Origin: Candidatus Latescibacterota bacterium
GTDB taxonomy: Bacteria; Latescibacterota; UBA2968; UBA8231
DNA length: 64,000 nt
Reading direction: 5' to 3'
NCBI GenBank assembly: GCA_965261395.1
Contig: OZ253462.1
Location: forward strand, 800,001-864,000
The position numbers and the translations under genes were made by a program. Position 1 is the first letter of the stretch; every line of letters starts with the position of its first letter. Shown here in pieces: positions 9,659 to 18,376 of this stretch. The notes under the pieces were generated by a model that was not told the DNA's origin, did not search any database, and saw only the letters and a list, made by a program, of their open reading frames with translations.

Positions 9659-10003
9659 CTACAAGGATCCTTTGAACAGGATCGCGCTCATGGTGGACAA
9701 CCAGCTAGCTAGGACGATGCCGATGGTCCAGCGGAAATAGGTGTCGATCTTCTCGTGGAGCGTTTGAGCCGACGTGTCGATCTTCTCGTGGAGCGTCTGA
9801 AACGACACCTCCCGCTTCCCATCCGACGTGTCAATCTTCTCATTCAGCGTCTGAAACGACACCTCCCGCTTCTCATCCAGCGTCTGAGCCGACACATCCA
9901 ACTTCTCACTGACGGCTCGCACATCGCTTTCAATCAGCTCCAAGCGGCGGTTGATCTGCTGCAGCACGTCGCGGGTGGTTATCTCAGAGGTTTCAGGGGC
10001 CAT
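9659..10003 (-). CDS. Small coiled-coil protein with 11-aa repeats and a C-terminal TM helix (DUF1640/CCDC90-like)
   Basis: VS[AF]QTLxEK repeats; FRWTIGIVLASWL membrane tail; GGAG ribosome-binding site. Confidence 0.65.
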   Translation of the reverse strand: MAPETSEITTRDVLQQINRRLELIESDVRAVSEKLDVSAQTLDEKREVSFQTLNEKIDTSDGKREVSFQTLHEKIDTSAQTLHEKIDTYFRWTIGIVLASWLSTMSAILFKGSL

Positions 10004-10201
10004 CCCAGTATTGCTCCTTGATTGGGGTTAAAAGTAGGCAACAGGAACAGACAAGCAAAACGCGAACCACCTTTTTTGTCTGACGAGCTCGCTGTTGTGT
10101 AGCCGCTTTCTGTATCTAATGGCAGACAATGTGATCCCTGCTCTATACAGCCGACCCTCCCCCTTGATAGCTGCCTGTCAGGCCCTATCTTGTTTGTCGC
10201 C

Positions 10202-11245
10202 ATGACTACAACCTTTCGCATCGGCGTCACCCGCGACTTTCTCAAGGCCGACGACACCCTCGGCTTCGGCGACATTGGTCTCGACTTGCTCGACGAATCC
10301 CCCAAGGTCGAGTGGGAGTTTTTAGCGGAAAATACCACCGAGCTGCGCCCCGACCAGATTCGCGGCTACGACGGCTTGCTGGTTCTCGCCTCGACAGTCA
10401 GCGCCGAGACCTTGCAGGGAGCAGACAAGCTGGCGATCATCGCCCGCTTTGGCGTCGGCTACGACAGCGTTGACGTCGCAGCTTGCAATGAGCAGGGCGT
10501 GCTCTTGACGATCACTCCCGACGGCGTGCGCCGGCCAGTGGCGGTCATGGCCCTGACGTATCTATTGGCCCTCAGCCACAAGATGCTGGCCAAGGATCGC
10601 TTGGTGCGCGAGGGCCGCTGGCACGAGCGCCTTGATTATATAGGCATGGGCGTCACGGACCGCACGCTGGGGCTGATCGGTCTGGGCAATATCGGCCGCG
10701 AGATCTGCACCTTAGCCACGCCCTTCGGCATTCGCTGCATTGCCGCCGACCCTTTCGTCGATACTGAACAGGCGCACGCCGCTGGTGCCGAGCTGGTCGG
10801 GCTCGACCAGTTGCTGCAACGCGCAGATTATGTCTGCATCTGCTGCGCCCTCACCGACCAGACCCATCACCTCATCGGCGAGCGCGAGCTCTCACTGATG
10901 AAGGAAAGCGCCTACCTCATCAACACGGCTCGCGGCCCCATCGTCGATCAGCAGGCCCTTACCCGCGCCCTCCAACGGGGGCAGATCGCCGGTGCCGGCC
11001 TCGACGTCTTTGAAACAGAGCCTGTATCCCAGGACGAGCCGGTGCTGGCACTCACCGACCAAACCATCGTCGCCCCGCACGGGCTTTGCTGGACCGACGA
11101 GTGCTTCCGCCTCATCGGCCGCAGCGCCTGCCGCAGCCTCGTCGAAGTGGCATCCGGTCACCTGCCCCTGTACCTCGTCAACCCCCAGACTGCAGAGCAT
11201 CCCCGTTTCCAAGAAAAACTGAACCGCTATCGAGCTATCGGATGA
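10202..11245 (+). CDS. D-isomer-specific 2-hydroxyacid dehydrogenase
   Basis: RFGVGYD, GLGNIG, LINTARG, GAGLDVF and APH motifs. Confidence 0.92.
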   Translation: MTTTFRIGVTRDFLKADDTLGFGDIGLDLLDESPKVEWEFLAENTTELRPDQIRGYDGLLVLASTVSAETLQGADKLAIIARFGVGYDSVDVAACNEQGVLLTITPDGVRRPVAVMALTYLLALSHKMLAKDRLVREGRWHERLDYIGMGVTDRTLGLIGLGNIGREICTLATPFGIRCIAADPFVDTEQAHAAGAELVGLDQLLQRADYVCICCALTDQTHHLIGERELSLMKESAYLINTARGPIVDQQALTRALQRGQIAGAGLDVFETEPVSQDEPVLALTDQTIVAPHGLCWTDECFRLIGRSACRSLVEVASGHLPLYLVNPQTAEHPRFQEKLNRYRAIG

Positions 11246-12024
11246 AACCCAATAAAGTCAAACGCACCCTCAAAGAGGGCGGCACGGTCATCGGCACCAT
11301 GACCTTTGAATTTTGCACTCCGGGCATTGCCCGTCTCTCTGCCGAGGCTGGCGCTGAATTCATTATGTACGACATGGAGCACACCGGCTGGAGCGTCGAG
11401 ACAGTGCGCGACCTGATCGCCACCACCAATGCCGATCACATTGAGCCTTTGGTGCGGGTGCCGGCGACCCAATACCACTTCATCGCCCGCGTCCTCGACG
11501 TCGGGGCCCGGGGCGTCATGGTGCCGATGATTAGCGACGCGCAGCAGACCGAGGTCATCGTGCAGTCGGGCAAGTACCCGCCCATTGGCCAGCGCGGCGC
11601 AGCCTTCCAAATCGCCCACGACCACTTCGCCGAAGGCTCCATCATCGGCAAGATCGACCACGCCAATACCGAGGGCCTGCTGATCGCTCAGATCGAAAAC
11701 CGCCCCGGGCTCGAAAACGTCGATCGCATCGCCGCGGTGGAGGGGATTGATGTGCTGTGGATTGGGGGTTTTGACTTGAGCAACTTCTTGGGGATTCCCG
11801 GGCAGTTTGACCACCCCGAATTCACCGCCGCCCTCGACCGCGTTGTCGATTCCTGCGAGCGCCACGGCAAGGCTGCTGGCTACTTGGTCAATACTATCGA
11901 GGAAGGAACGGAGATGCTGCGCCGAGGCTTTCGCTGCATAGCGTATGGCGGTGATTTATGGCTCTATCGCCGCGCCTTGGCCGAAGGCATCGAAGGGCTG
12001 CGGACGAGCGTCTGGCGGCGGTGA
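11242..12024 (+). CDS. HpcH/HpaI aldolase family protein
   Basis: DMEH, VRVP, LDVGARGVMVP, QIE and DLS..LG motifs; ATGA overlap with the upstream gene. Confidence 0.92.
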   Translation: MKPNKVKRTLKEGGTVIGTMTFEFCTPGIARLSAEAGAEFIMYDMEHTGWSVETVRDLIATTNADHIEPLVRVPATQYHFIARVLDVGARGVMVPMISDAQQTEVIVQSGKYPPIGQRGAAFQIAHDHFAEGSIIGKIDHANTEGLLIAQIENRPGLENVDRIAAVEGIDVLWIGGFDLSNFLGIPGQFDHPEFTAALDRVVDSCERHGKAAGYLVNTIEEGTEMLRRGFRCIAYGGDLWLYRRALAEGIEGLRTSVWRR

Positions 12025-12083
12025 TCGCAGAGACGCTATCCGTTTGGGTTAAGGCCACTCAACACAAATCAGGAGGTGAGAGT

Positions 12084-12320
12084 ATGGACAATCGAATTAC
12101 TATTGATCCTCAAGTGTATCACGGCCAAGCCTGCATTAAGGGGACTCGCCTTCCCGTGCATCAAATCCTCCGGATGCTCGCCAACGGGGATACCATCGAA
12201 GACCTACTTCAAGAATATCCTTCTCTAACATGGGAAGATATCCTCGCTTGCTTCGACTATGCAGCCTCACTGGCTGAAGAGCAAATGGCCCCTCTTGAAG
12301 TTCTCTCGGGCGAGGTATGA
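12084..12320 (+). CDS. DUF433 antitoxin
   Basis: RITIDPQVYHGQACIKGTRLPV...LLQEYPSLTWEDILAC; GGAGG ribosome-binding site. Confidence 0.92.
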   Translation: MDNRITIDPQVYHGQACIKGTRLPVHQILRMLANGDTIEDLLQEYPSLTWEDILACFDYAASLAEEQMAPLEVLSGEV

Positions 12321-12427
12321 AGATCTTGGTCGATGAGCACATCCCCCTCATGACGGTCCAAGCCTTGCCTATGATGGGGCATGACGTCCGCGAAAAAGAC
12401 GCAGAGAAAAGACGCAGGAACGACTAG
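12317..12427 (+). pseudogene. Truncated DUF5615 (PIN-like) toxin
   Basis: MKILVDEHIP..TVQAL...GHDV start, then unrelated sequence and a stop after 36 codons; ATGA overlap with DUF433. Confidence 0.8.
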
Positions 12428-12436
12428 GGATCAGAC

Positions 12437-12589
12437 CTATACGCATAGCCGAGCTCGCCGCGATGTGGTCTTTGCTCTGTTGGTTGGGTGTTTTTCCAAC
12501 CGCTGTTCCACTCGGTCAATCACCTCGTGAATAACCGTGTGAGCCAGTTGGTTTGTGTCGCGTGATCTTTTGGGCTTATTCTTGGACAT
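12437..12589 (-). CDS. Small basic 50-aa protein resembling ORFs that accompany IS1-related transposases
   Basis: Own translation MSKNKPKRSRDTNQLAHTVIHEVID...; family link is from recall of the KRPRDxNQLA motif and has not been checked. Confidence 0.45.
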   Translation of the reverse strand: MSKNKPKRSRDTNQLAHTVIHEVIDRVEQRLEKHPTNRAKTTSRRARLCV

Positions 12590-12648
12590 GCTATAAATAT
12601 GGGTAGTGTCCCAACACCAAGTAAGCAGATTTCACAGGGAAGACTTAA

Positions 12649-12912
12649 ATGTATCTAAGCGACCTATTGGATGCTCTCGATAATGGTAAGCCTATTGAAC
12701 TGTCAAGACGTGAACTCATCGAGATTTTTCAAAAGCAGAAGCCCTTAAATGACAGCCAACGTCTCGCCTTGTTCCATAGATTGGAACTCCGCGACCGAGA
12801 CCGAGAGTGGCCCTTTGAGAAAGAACGCCTGACACAAAAAGAGGTAGCAGAGAAAACAGGTGTATCTCTTGAACTTGTGAAACAGTATGACGCTGGAAAT
12901 CTGTCCGTCTAA
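12649..12912 (+). CDS. Small protein with a C-terminal helix-turn-helix
   Basis: LTQKEVAEKTGVSLELVKQY. Confidence 0.65.
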   Translation: MYLSDLLDALDNGKPIELSRRELIEIFQKQKPLNDSQRLALFHRLELRDRDREWPFEKERLTQKEVAEKTGVSLELVKQYDAGNLSV

Positions 12913-13010
12913 AAGGTTGGCAACCCGTTTAATGGCATCAAGTATATAATTCCCATTTCAAAATAGGCGACTACCAGGAAATCTTAAAGCCCATAGAGAG
13001 GAAGAACCAC

Positions 13011-13229
13011 ATGAACAGAAAAGATTTTGATGCTTGTGCCTGTGAATTGTCTGATAGGGTTGGGGAGATTCGAATGGAGGTAAGTAAACTTGCCAAGAAG
13101 GCGCGTAATACCTCCTTAGAGGGAGCAGTGGGTTTAGATCCGGCTGCCGCCCTAGACGAACTGGATGAATTACTAGAGGAGGTCGCTAACTCCTTGTACG
13201 TGACCTTCAAAACCGAAGACGAAATGTAA
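13011..13229 (+). CDS. Small acidic helical hypothetical protein
   Basis: 72-aa ORF with a GAGAGGAA ribosome-binding site. Confidence 0.55.
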   Translation: MNRKDFDACACELSDRVGEIRMEVSKLAKKARNTSLEGAVGLDPAAALDELDELLEEVANSLYVTFKTEDEM

Positions 13230-13251
13230 AACCCATAACTTATCATTCCGG

Positions 13252-13301
13252 ATTTCAAAATAGACCACTACCTCAAAATAGGTAGTGGTCTATTTTGAAA
13301 T
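13252..13301. repeat. Perfect 21-bp inverted repeat with an 8-bp spacer
   Basis: ATTTCAAAATAGACCACTACC-TCAAAATA-GGTAGTGGTCTATTTTGAAAT. Confidence 0.95.
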
Positions 13302-13525
13302 TGGGCATAGTCGCTGGCCACGTCTTTATTGAGCCGCGCCGGGGCCGGTGGCCTCCCCTGAGCCTTGCTCGGCTGCTGGCTGCCGGTCGCCGCGATCGCG
13401 GCCGCTGAAAGTCAAAGAGAGACACTACCAAAAAAGGAGACCGCAACGCAATTAGCCGATCCTCGAACGAATTTCAAAAAGGATTAGACCTGTGGCTATA
13501 CTTCAGGCACACAAGGAGAGTTCAA

Positions 13526-13900
13526 ATGAACTACGAAGATATTATCCAAGACTTGAGCGAGTATGTCGAGCGATTTGATTGCAAGAAGCAATACAAGCGG
13601 AGGAAAACAATACTTCAAATATATCGACTATTAGACAATAGACCTTCGGGCGGCGATTTCCGAAGGCAGTGGGGTTGGGAAGTAGTAGGGGAAATTCGCC
13701 AAGCTGGTAAAGGTCCGGCAACGATTGTGAACGTAACCCCTGACGCACCGCACTACATAAAGTCGCTGGAAGGCGATACCCAAGAAAACTTCCCCATACT
13801 CCAGAACAAAATCCGTTGTAAAGCGTTTCGGCACGAAGCCAAAAAAGTGTTCAGAAACTATTTGTCAGCCGAGATAAAACAGCTTGAAGATGACGGCTAA
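13526..13900 (+). CDS. Hypothetical protein
   Basis: 124-aa ORF with an AAGGAG ribosome-binding site. Confidence 0.65.
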   Translation: MNYEDIIQDLSEYVERFDCKKQYKRRKTILQIYRLLDNRPSGGDFRRQWGWEVVGEIRQAGKGPATIVNVTPDAPHYIKSLEGDTQENFPILQNKIRCKAFRHEAKKVFRNYLSAEIKQLEDDG

Positions 13901-13968
13901 TCAGGCAGGCAGATTTCAAATAGACCACCCATAACTTGACGCGTCATCTCACAACCGGAGGCAATGCT

Positions 13969-14517
13969 ATGAAGATCGCCAGTTACGTCCTGTTGGGCCT
14001 TTTATCTTGCGTCGAGGTCTTGGCCGGAGAGACCGCCTTTGATAGAGCCGTTGAAGCCTATCGGACCTACAAGAAAGCCCAGCACGCCTATTTTGAAGCC
14101 ATCGACGCCCACGAAGAAACTAGGCTGGCTTGGGATGCTTATTGGGCCACAGACCGAGCCGATGACGAAGCCCATAAGAAAGCCGAGGCCGCTTGGGAGG
14201 AAGCCAGAGACACAAATAAAGAAGTCAAAGGCGCCTATGCGATTTTTAGTATAACCGGAAAAGCTGCTTTTGAAGCCGTAGACGCGATTGAAGAAGTCAA
14301 GCTAGCCCTTGCCGCTTTTGATGAAGCCGAACGCGCCGTTGAAGACGCTCAAGATGCTTGGTTTAACGCCAAAGGCCCCCGTGAAGCCTATTATTTGACC
14401 GCCCTCAATGAAGCCCATGCCGCCCTTGATGAAGCCAGCGACACCTACCTTGCAGTCAGGGAAGTCTTTGATGAAGCCATCAAAAAAGCCTACGAGAGGG
14501 GCGAAAAAAACCATTGA
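13969..14517 (+). CDS. Secreted Ala/Glu-rich alpha-helical hypothetical protein
   Basis: GGAGG ribosome-binding site; signal peptide MKIASYVLLGLLSCVEVLA; repeated AFDEA/AYFEA units. Confidence 0.7.
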   Translation: MKIASYVLLGLLSCVEVLAGETAFDRAVEAYRTYKKAQHAYFEAIDAHEETRLAWDAYWATDRADDEAHKKAEAAWEEARDTNKEVKGAYAIFSITGKAAFEAVDAIEEVKLALAAFDEAERAVEDAQDAWFNAKGPREAYYLTALNEAHAALDEASDTYLAVREVFDEAIKKAYERGEKNH

Positions 14518-14542
14518 TAAGGCTTGCTGACCCAGTTCCGAT

Positions 14543-14571
14543 CCCCCTTGGCAAGAACCGTGCCAAGGGGG
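14543..14571. terminator. GC-rich hairpin between convergent genes, probable terminator
   Basis: CCCCCTTGGCA-N7-TGCCAAGGGGG. Confidence 0.6.
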
Positions 14572-14669
14572 CTGATTTTCGCAGCTTATTTCAAACTGAC
14601 CCAGTTCCGAATGAAAAATAAAAAGGCCGCCGTGTAAGGGCGGGTCCCATCGTTAGTCCACTAGCTGGC

Positions 14670-15458
14670 CTATTCGCCCTCCAGCGCCCGCCGCATCGCA
14701 TCGCCTTGATCGCGCCAATACCCGTACAGCACGGCTATATCCGTGCCAACGCAGAAGTGCCGCACCCCCATGTCGAGAAAGCGCTTGGCATCGTCGGCTG
14801 TGTTGATCTCGGCGCGCGGGTGGACGCCCATCTCCAAGGCCGTCTTAAAGACCTTCTCTTCGGCTGCGGCAATTTCCGGTGCGCCGCGCTGGCCGGCCTT
14901 GCCGACGCTCATGGAGTAATCGGCCCCTCCCCACTGGACCATCTCGACTCCTTCTACCGAGAGCATGGCTTCTAGGTCGGCGACGGCAGTTTTCTTTTCA
15001 ATCATCAAAACCACGACCACGTCGCGCAGGGCTTGGACGTACTCCGGGGTACCGCCATAGCTCATATAGGCGAAGCGCCGCATGGCTACCCCATAGGTGC
15101 CTTCGTCCCCGGGCGCGTCGGCGCGCACGCAGCGCACACAGGCCCGCGCGTCGTCTGGGTCGCGCACATCGGCAAACAGTACGCTGCCGAAGCCCGACCC
15201 TATGGCCCGTTGGGCCACATAAGCGCGGTTCTCGGCATCGACCTTGATCATCGTTCCCAAATCCCATAGCTCGGCGGCTCGGGCGAGGTTGTCCAAGTCG
15301 TGCAGGTCGAAGGGGGCGTACTCGGCGACAAATTCCACATAGTCGTACGCGCCGGTATGCCCTAGTGCTTCGACGACCGAAGGCCAAGTGGTGTGGATGT
15401 GGGTAGCGAGTGTCGGCTCGCCGGCATTGAGCTTTTCGCGCAGCTTGTTGGGTCTCAT
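14670..15458 (-). CDS. HpcH/HpaI aldolase family protein
   Basis: MRPNKLREKL start after an AAGGAA ribosome-binding site; LMIEK and WGGADYSMS motifs. Confidence 0.9.
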   Translation of the reverse strand: MRPNKLREKLNAGEPTLATHIHTTWPSVVEALGHTGAYDYVEFVAEYAPFDLHDLDNLARAAELWDLGTMIKVDAENRAYVAQRAIGSGFGSVLFADVRDPDDARACVRCVRADAPGDEGTYGVAMRRFAYMSYGGTPEYVQALRDVVVVLMIEKKTAVADLEAMLSVEGVEMVQWGGADYSMSVGKAGQRGAPEIAAAEEKVFKTALEMGVHPRAEINTADDAKRFLDMGVRHFCVGTDIAVLYGYWRDQGDAMRRALEGE

Positions 15459-15471
15459 AGTTCCTTTCCTT

Positions 15472-16443
15472 TTATGTCTGAACCTCGTCGCGGTCGGTGG
15501 CTGGTGGCGGCGCGATTGAAAGCGCCGATATCTCGGCGTACATCTCGGCCGACATGGCAAAGTCGAGTGCGGCAAGCGACGGCTTGAGCTGGTCTAGGTC
15601 GCGCCCGCCGACGATCGGCGCGGTCACGTCTTGATGCCCCATGACCCAGGCGACGGCCAAGGTCGCCGGATGCACGCCCTGGTCGCCGGCATAGCGCACG
15701 AAGCGCTCGGCGACTTCGTAGAACACGGGATTGGCGTAGCGCTTGATGTAGTTGTCTTGCTGCAAGAGCCGACCCCGCTCGGGCCGCTTGTCGATCCCGT
15801 ACTTGCCGGTCAGCAAGCCGCCTCCCAAGGGGCTGTAGGTAATCACGCCCAAGCTTTCTGAGCGGGCCAGCGGCAGGATTTCTACCTCCACTTGCCGCTT
15901 GGCCAAGCTGTACATGGGTTGAATGCAGGCAAAGGATGCCAGCCCCTCGCGGGCGCAGTGGCCGAGGGCTTTGGCAATTTGCCAAGCGGCCCAGTTGCTC
16001 ACGGCCGGATAGAGGATTTTGCCGCCGCGCACCAAGTCGTCGAGCGCGGCGAGGGTCTCTTCCATCGGCGTATCTTCGTCGAAGTTGTGGACGAAGTAGA
16101 AGTCGAGGCGATCCGTCTGCAAGCGCCTGAGACTGGCCTCTACGGCCTGCACAATATGCCGCCGCGACAGGCCCCGGTCGTTGGGGCCGTCGCCCATCGA
16201 GCCGCAGACTTTCGAGGTGATTACCAACTCGTCGCGCTCGCCTTGGATCAACCGGCCCAAGATCTCCTCGGAACGCCCGTTGGAATAGACATTGGCCGTG
16301 TCGAAGAAATTGATCCCCAACTCGCGGCAGTAGCGATACATCTGCCCAGAGGTCGCCTCGTCCGTATCGCCGCCAAAGGCCATAGTACCATAGCACAGGG
16401 CAGACACTTTGACGCCTGTGCGGCCTAGGGTATTGTACTGCAT
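15472..16443 (-). CDS. Aldo/keto reductase
   Basis: GINFFDTANVY, SLRRLQTD and YSPLGGGLLTGKY motifs. Confidence 0.95.
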   Translation of the reverse strand: MQYNTLGRTGVKVSALCYGTMAFGGDTDEATSGQMYRYCRELGINFFDTANVYSNGRSEEILGRLIQGERDELVITSKVCGSMGDGPNDRGLSRRHIVQAVEASLRRLQTDRLDFYFVHNFDEDTPMEETLAALDDLVRGGKILYPAVSNWAAWQIAKALGHCAREGLASFACIQPMYSLAKRQVEVEILPLARSESLGVITYSPLGGGLLTGKYGIDKRPERGRLLQQDNYIKRYANPVFYEVAERFVRYAGDQGVHPATLAVAWVMGHQDVTAPIVGGRDLDQLKPSLAALDFAMSAEMYAEISALSIAPPPATDRDEVQT

Positions 16444-16598
16444 CTTCTATTTTCTCCTTTAGTAGAATTCCGTGCGGCAGGGCAAGCTAAGGAAGAGGGT
16501 AGCTGTTATCAAGTGGCGTCATTGGCCGCGCCGCACCGCCTTTCTATATTAAGCGCTGCGCTGTACACACCCCGCATCACAGGAGTGGCTCAACCCCA

Positions 16599-16883
16599 AT
16601 GGACGCACCCCGCCAACGCCTGCTCTACTTGCAGGCGCGCACCCCTAGCGTCATGTCCAATATCATCGGTCTAACGCTCATCGAGCCGGTCGCGGGCTTT
16701 GCGCCCGAAATCCACGCCGAAACAGCACCCGATTGGCCCTACGAAACCGTACACGACGCCGTAGTTGACGGCTGGCAAATCGTCCAATTTCCTCACCTCC
16801 AGGCCCCGTTCGACGACAGGGAATTGGACGTGATAGGCTATGAATTTATCCTACAGAAAATGGAGGTTATTGCCGATGGATAA
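16599..16883 (+). CDS. Small hypothetical protein coupled to the downstream dioxygenase
   Basis: AGGAG ribosome-binding site; 8-bp overlap with the next gene; PY..V.DA..DGW.I.Q and YEFILQK pattern. Confidence 0.75.
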   Translation: MDAPRQRLLYLQARTPSVMSNIIGLTLIEPVAGFAPEIHAETAPDWPYETVHDAVVDGWQIVQFPHLQAPFDDRELDVIGYEFILQKMEVIADG

Positions 16884-17655
16884 GCATCTGCTCAGCGACG
16901 CCGAAGTGGCCCGTTTTCTCGTCTCCGGCTACCACCTCATCGAGCCGGAATTACCCACCGGGCTCAACGAGTCCATCGCCGACCAGCTCGACGCTTTGGA
17001 CCACAATCCCGGCGACGCCATCACCGAAGCGGTGCCCGGGCTCTGGCAAGTGCTTGACCACCCGGCCGTCACCAGCGCGCTTGTCAGCCTGCTCGGCCCG
17101 GACTACGAGGTGCAGTCGCATCGCCATTGGCACTGCAAGCAGCCGGACTCCCCGCACATGAACTGGCACCAAGACGGCCTCAACAACCGCGATGTATTGC
17201 TCAACCGCTTCCTAGGGCTGTACTACCCGACCGACGTCACGCCCGATATGGGGCCGACGATCATCGTCCCCGGCACCCAATTCCGCAACGCGCCGACGGA
17301 TCGCATGGCCACGTACTCCAACATTCGCGGCCAAGTGCCGCTCGTGGTCAAGGCTGGTACCGTGGCCTTCACGCACTACGACCTCTGGCACGGCACAGCC
17401 GCCAACCGCTCGCCGCACAAGCGCCACATGATCAAGTTCCTCTTCCGCCGCACTCGGGATAACACAGCACCCACTTGGAATCACGACCCAGAGGCGGCCG
17501 ACAAGCCCGCCGACTGGAATGAGCGCGACCGGGCCGAGGACGTCACCAACATCTTCAACTTCACCAATCCGCTAGGCGTCTCCCAGAGCGACCACTACAA
17601 GGAGCGCGCCATCCGCCGCCAGAACTGGAACTACCTCATGGGTCTGTCAGCCTAA
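16876..17655 (+). CDS. PhyH-like Fe/2OG dioxygenase
   Basis: WHQD...HYDLWHG triad; MGPT.IVPG. Confidence 0.9.
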   Translation: MDKHLLSDAEVARFLVSGYHLIEPELPTGLNESIADQLDALDHNPGDAITEAVPGLWQVLDHPAVTSALVSLLGPDYEVQSHRHWHCKQPDSPHMNWHQDGLNNRDVLLNRFLGLYYPTDVTPDMGPTIIVPGTQFRNAPTDRMATYSNIRGQVPLVVKAGTVAFTHYDLWHGTAANRSPHKRHMIKFLFRRTRDNTAPTWNHDPEAADKPADWNERDRAEDVTNIFNFTNPLGVSQSDHYKERAIRRQNWNYLMGLSA

Positions 17656-17683
17656 TCCCAACCCCTAGCAGAGAAAGCATTTT

Positions 17684-18361
17684 ATGACCGTCCAGATTGC
17701 CCGCGTTGAAGAGCGTTTCAAATGCCCCGGACCTCAGCCCAACGGCCTGCAAGCCGCGCCCGACGGCCTCTGGTGTATCGACCAAGTGGACCTCAAGGTC
17801 TATAAATTCGACTACGAGAGCGGCGAGATCCTCTTTGAAGCCCAGACCGACACCGCACACTCCAGCGGCATTACCCTCGGCGACGGCTCTATGTGGATCG
17901 CCTCGACCTTTGAGCTTAAGATCGCCCGCCTCGACCCGGCTACGGGCCAGACCATCGCCAAGCTGGATTCGCCCGGCAATGGCGTCGTCGCTTGGGTCGC
18001 CGACCAGCAAAATGGCCGCGTCACCGGGGCCCACGGCCTCGAGTGGAAGGACGGCAAGGTGTACGTGGCCTCGCCGCCTTCGCAGTTCGTTCACGTGATG
18101 GATGCCAGCACTTGGGAAGAAGTCCATTCCTTCCGCGTCCCCGGCCTTCGGGTTCACGGCCTAGCTTGGGCTGACGACGGCACCCTCTGGGTCGCCGACA
18201 CCTCAGCCGGCACCATCAACCGCCTCGATCCCGAAGACGGGCGCATCTGGGAGGTCATCCGCGTCGAAGCTCCCACCGAAGTCCACGGACTGACCATCCA
18301 CGAGGGCGTGCTCTGGTACTGCGACGCCGCCACGCGCGCAATCGGCCAACTACATCTATAA
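17684..18361 (+). CDS. Beta-propeller protein (glutamine cyclotransferase/Vgb-like)
   Basis: Repeated [PV]HGL[AT]W.DG.LW blades. Confidence 0.75.
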   Translation: MTVQIARVEERFKCPGPQPNGLQAAPDGLWCIDQVDLKVYKFDYESGEILFEAQTDTAHSSGITLGDGSMWIASTFELKIARLDPATGQTIAKLDSPGNGVVAWVADQQNGRVTGAHGLEWKDGKVYVASPPSQFVHVMDASTWEEVHSFRVPGLRVHGLAWADDGTLWVADTSAGTINRLDPEDGRIWEVIRVEAPTEVHGLTIHEGVLWYCDAATRAIGQLHL

Positions 18362-18376
18362 AAGAAAGGGGCTCCA

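Larger units (their letters stand above)
12602..14608 (+). mobile_element. Lower-GC array of small ORFs punctuated by IS1-like 21-bp terminal motifs
   Basis: Motif copies at 12955, 13252, 13281 (reverse), 13409, 13913 and 14588; partial copies at 12602 (reverse), 13471 and 14527. Confidence 0.65.

Noticed and set aside
12955-14608. Repeat array as a CRISPR array or a classical integron
   Set aside because: Repeats are degenerate and spaced by hundreds of bp of coding DNA. No cas or intI gene is present and I see no attC RYYYAAC/GTTRRRY structure.
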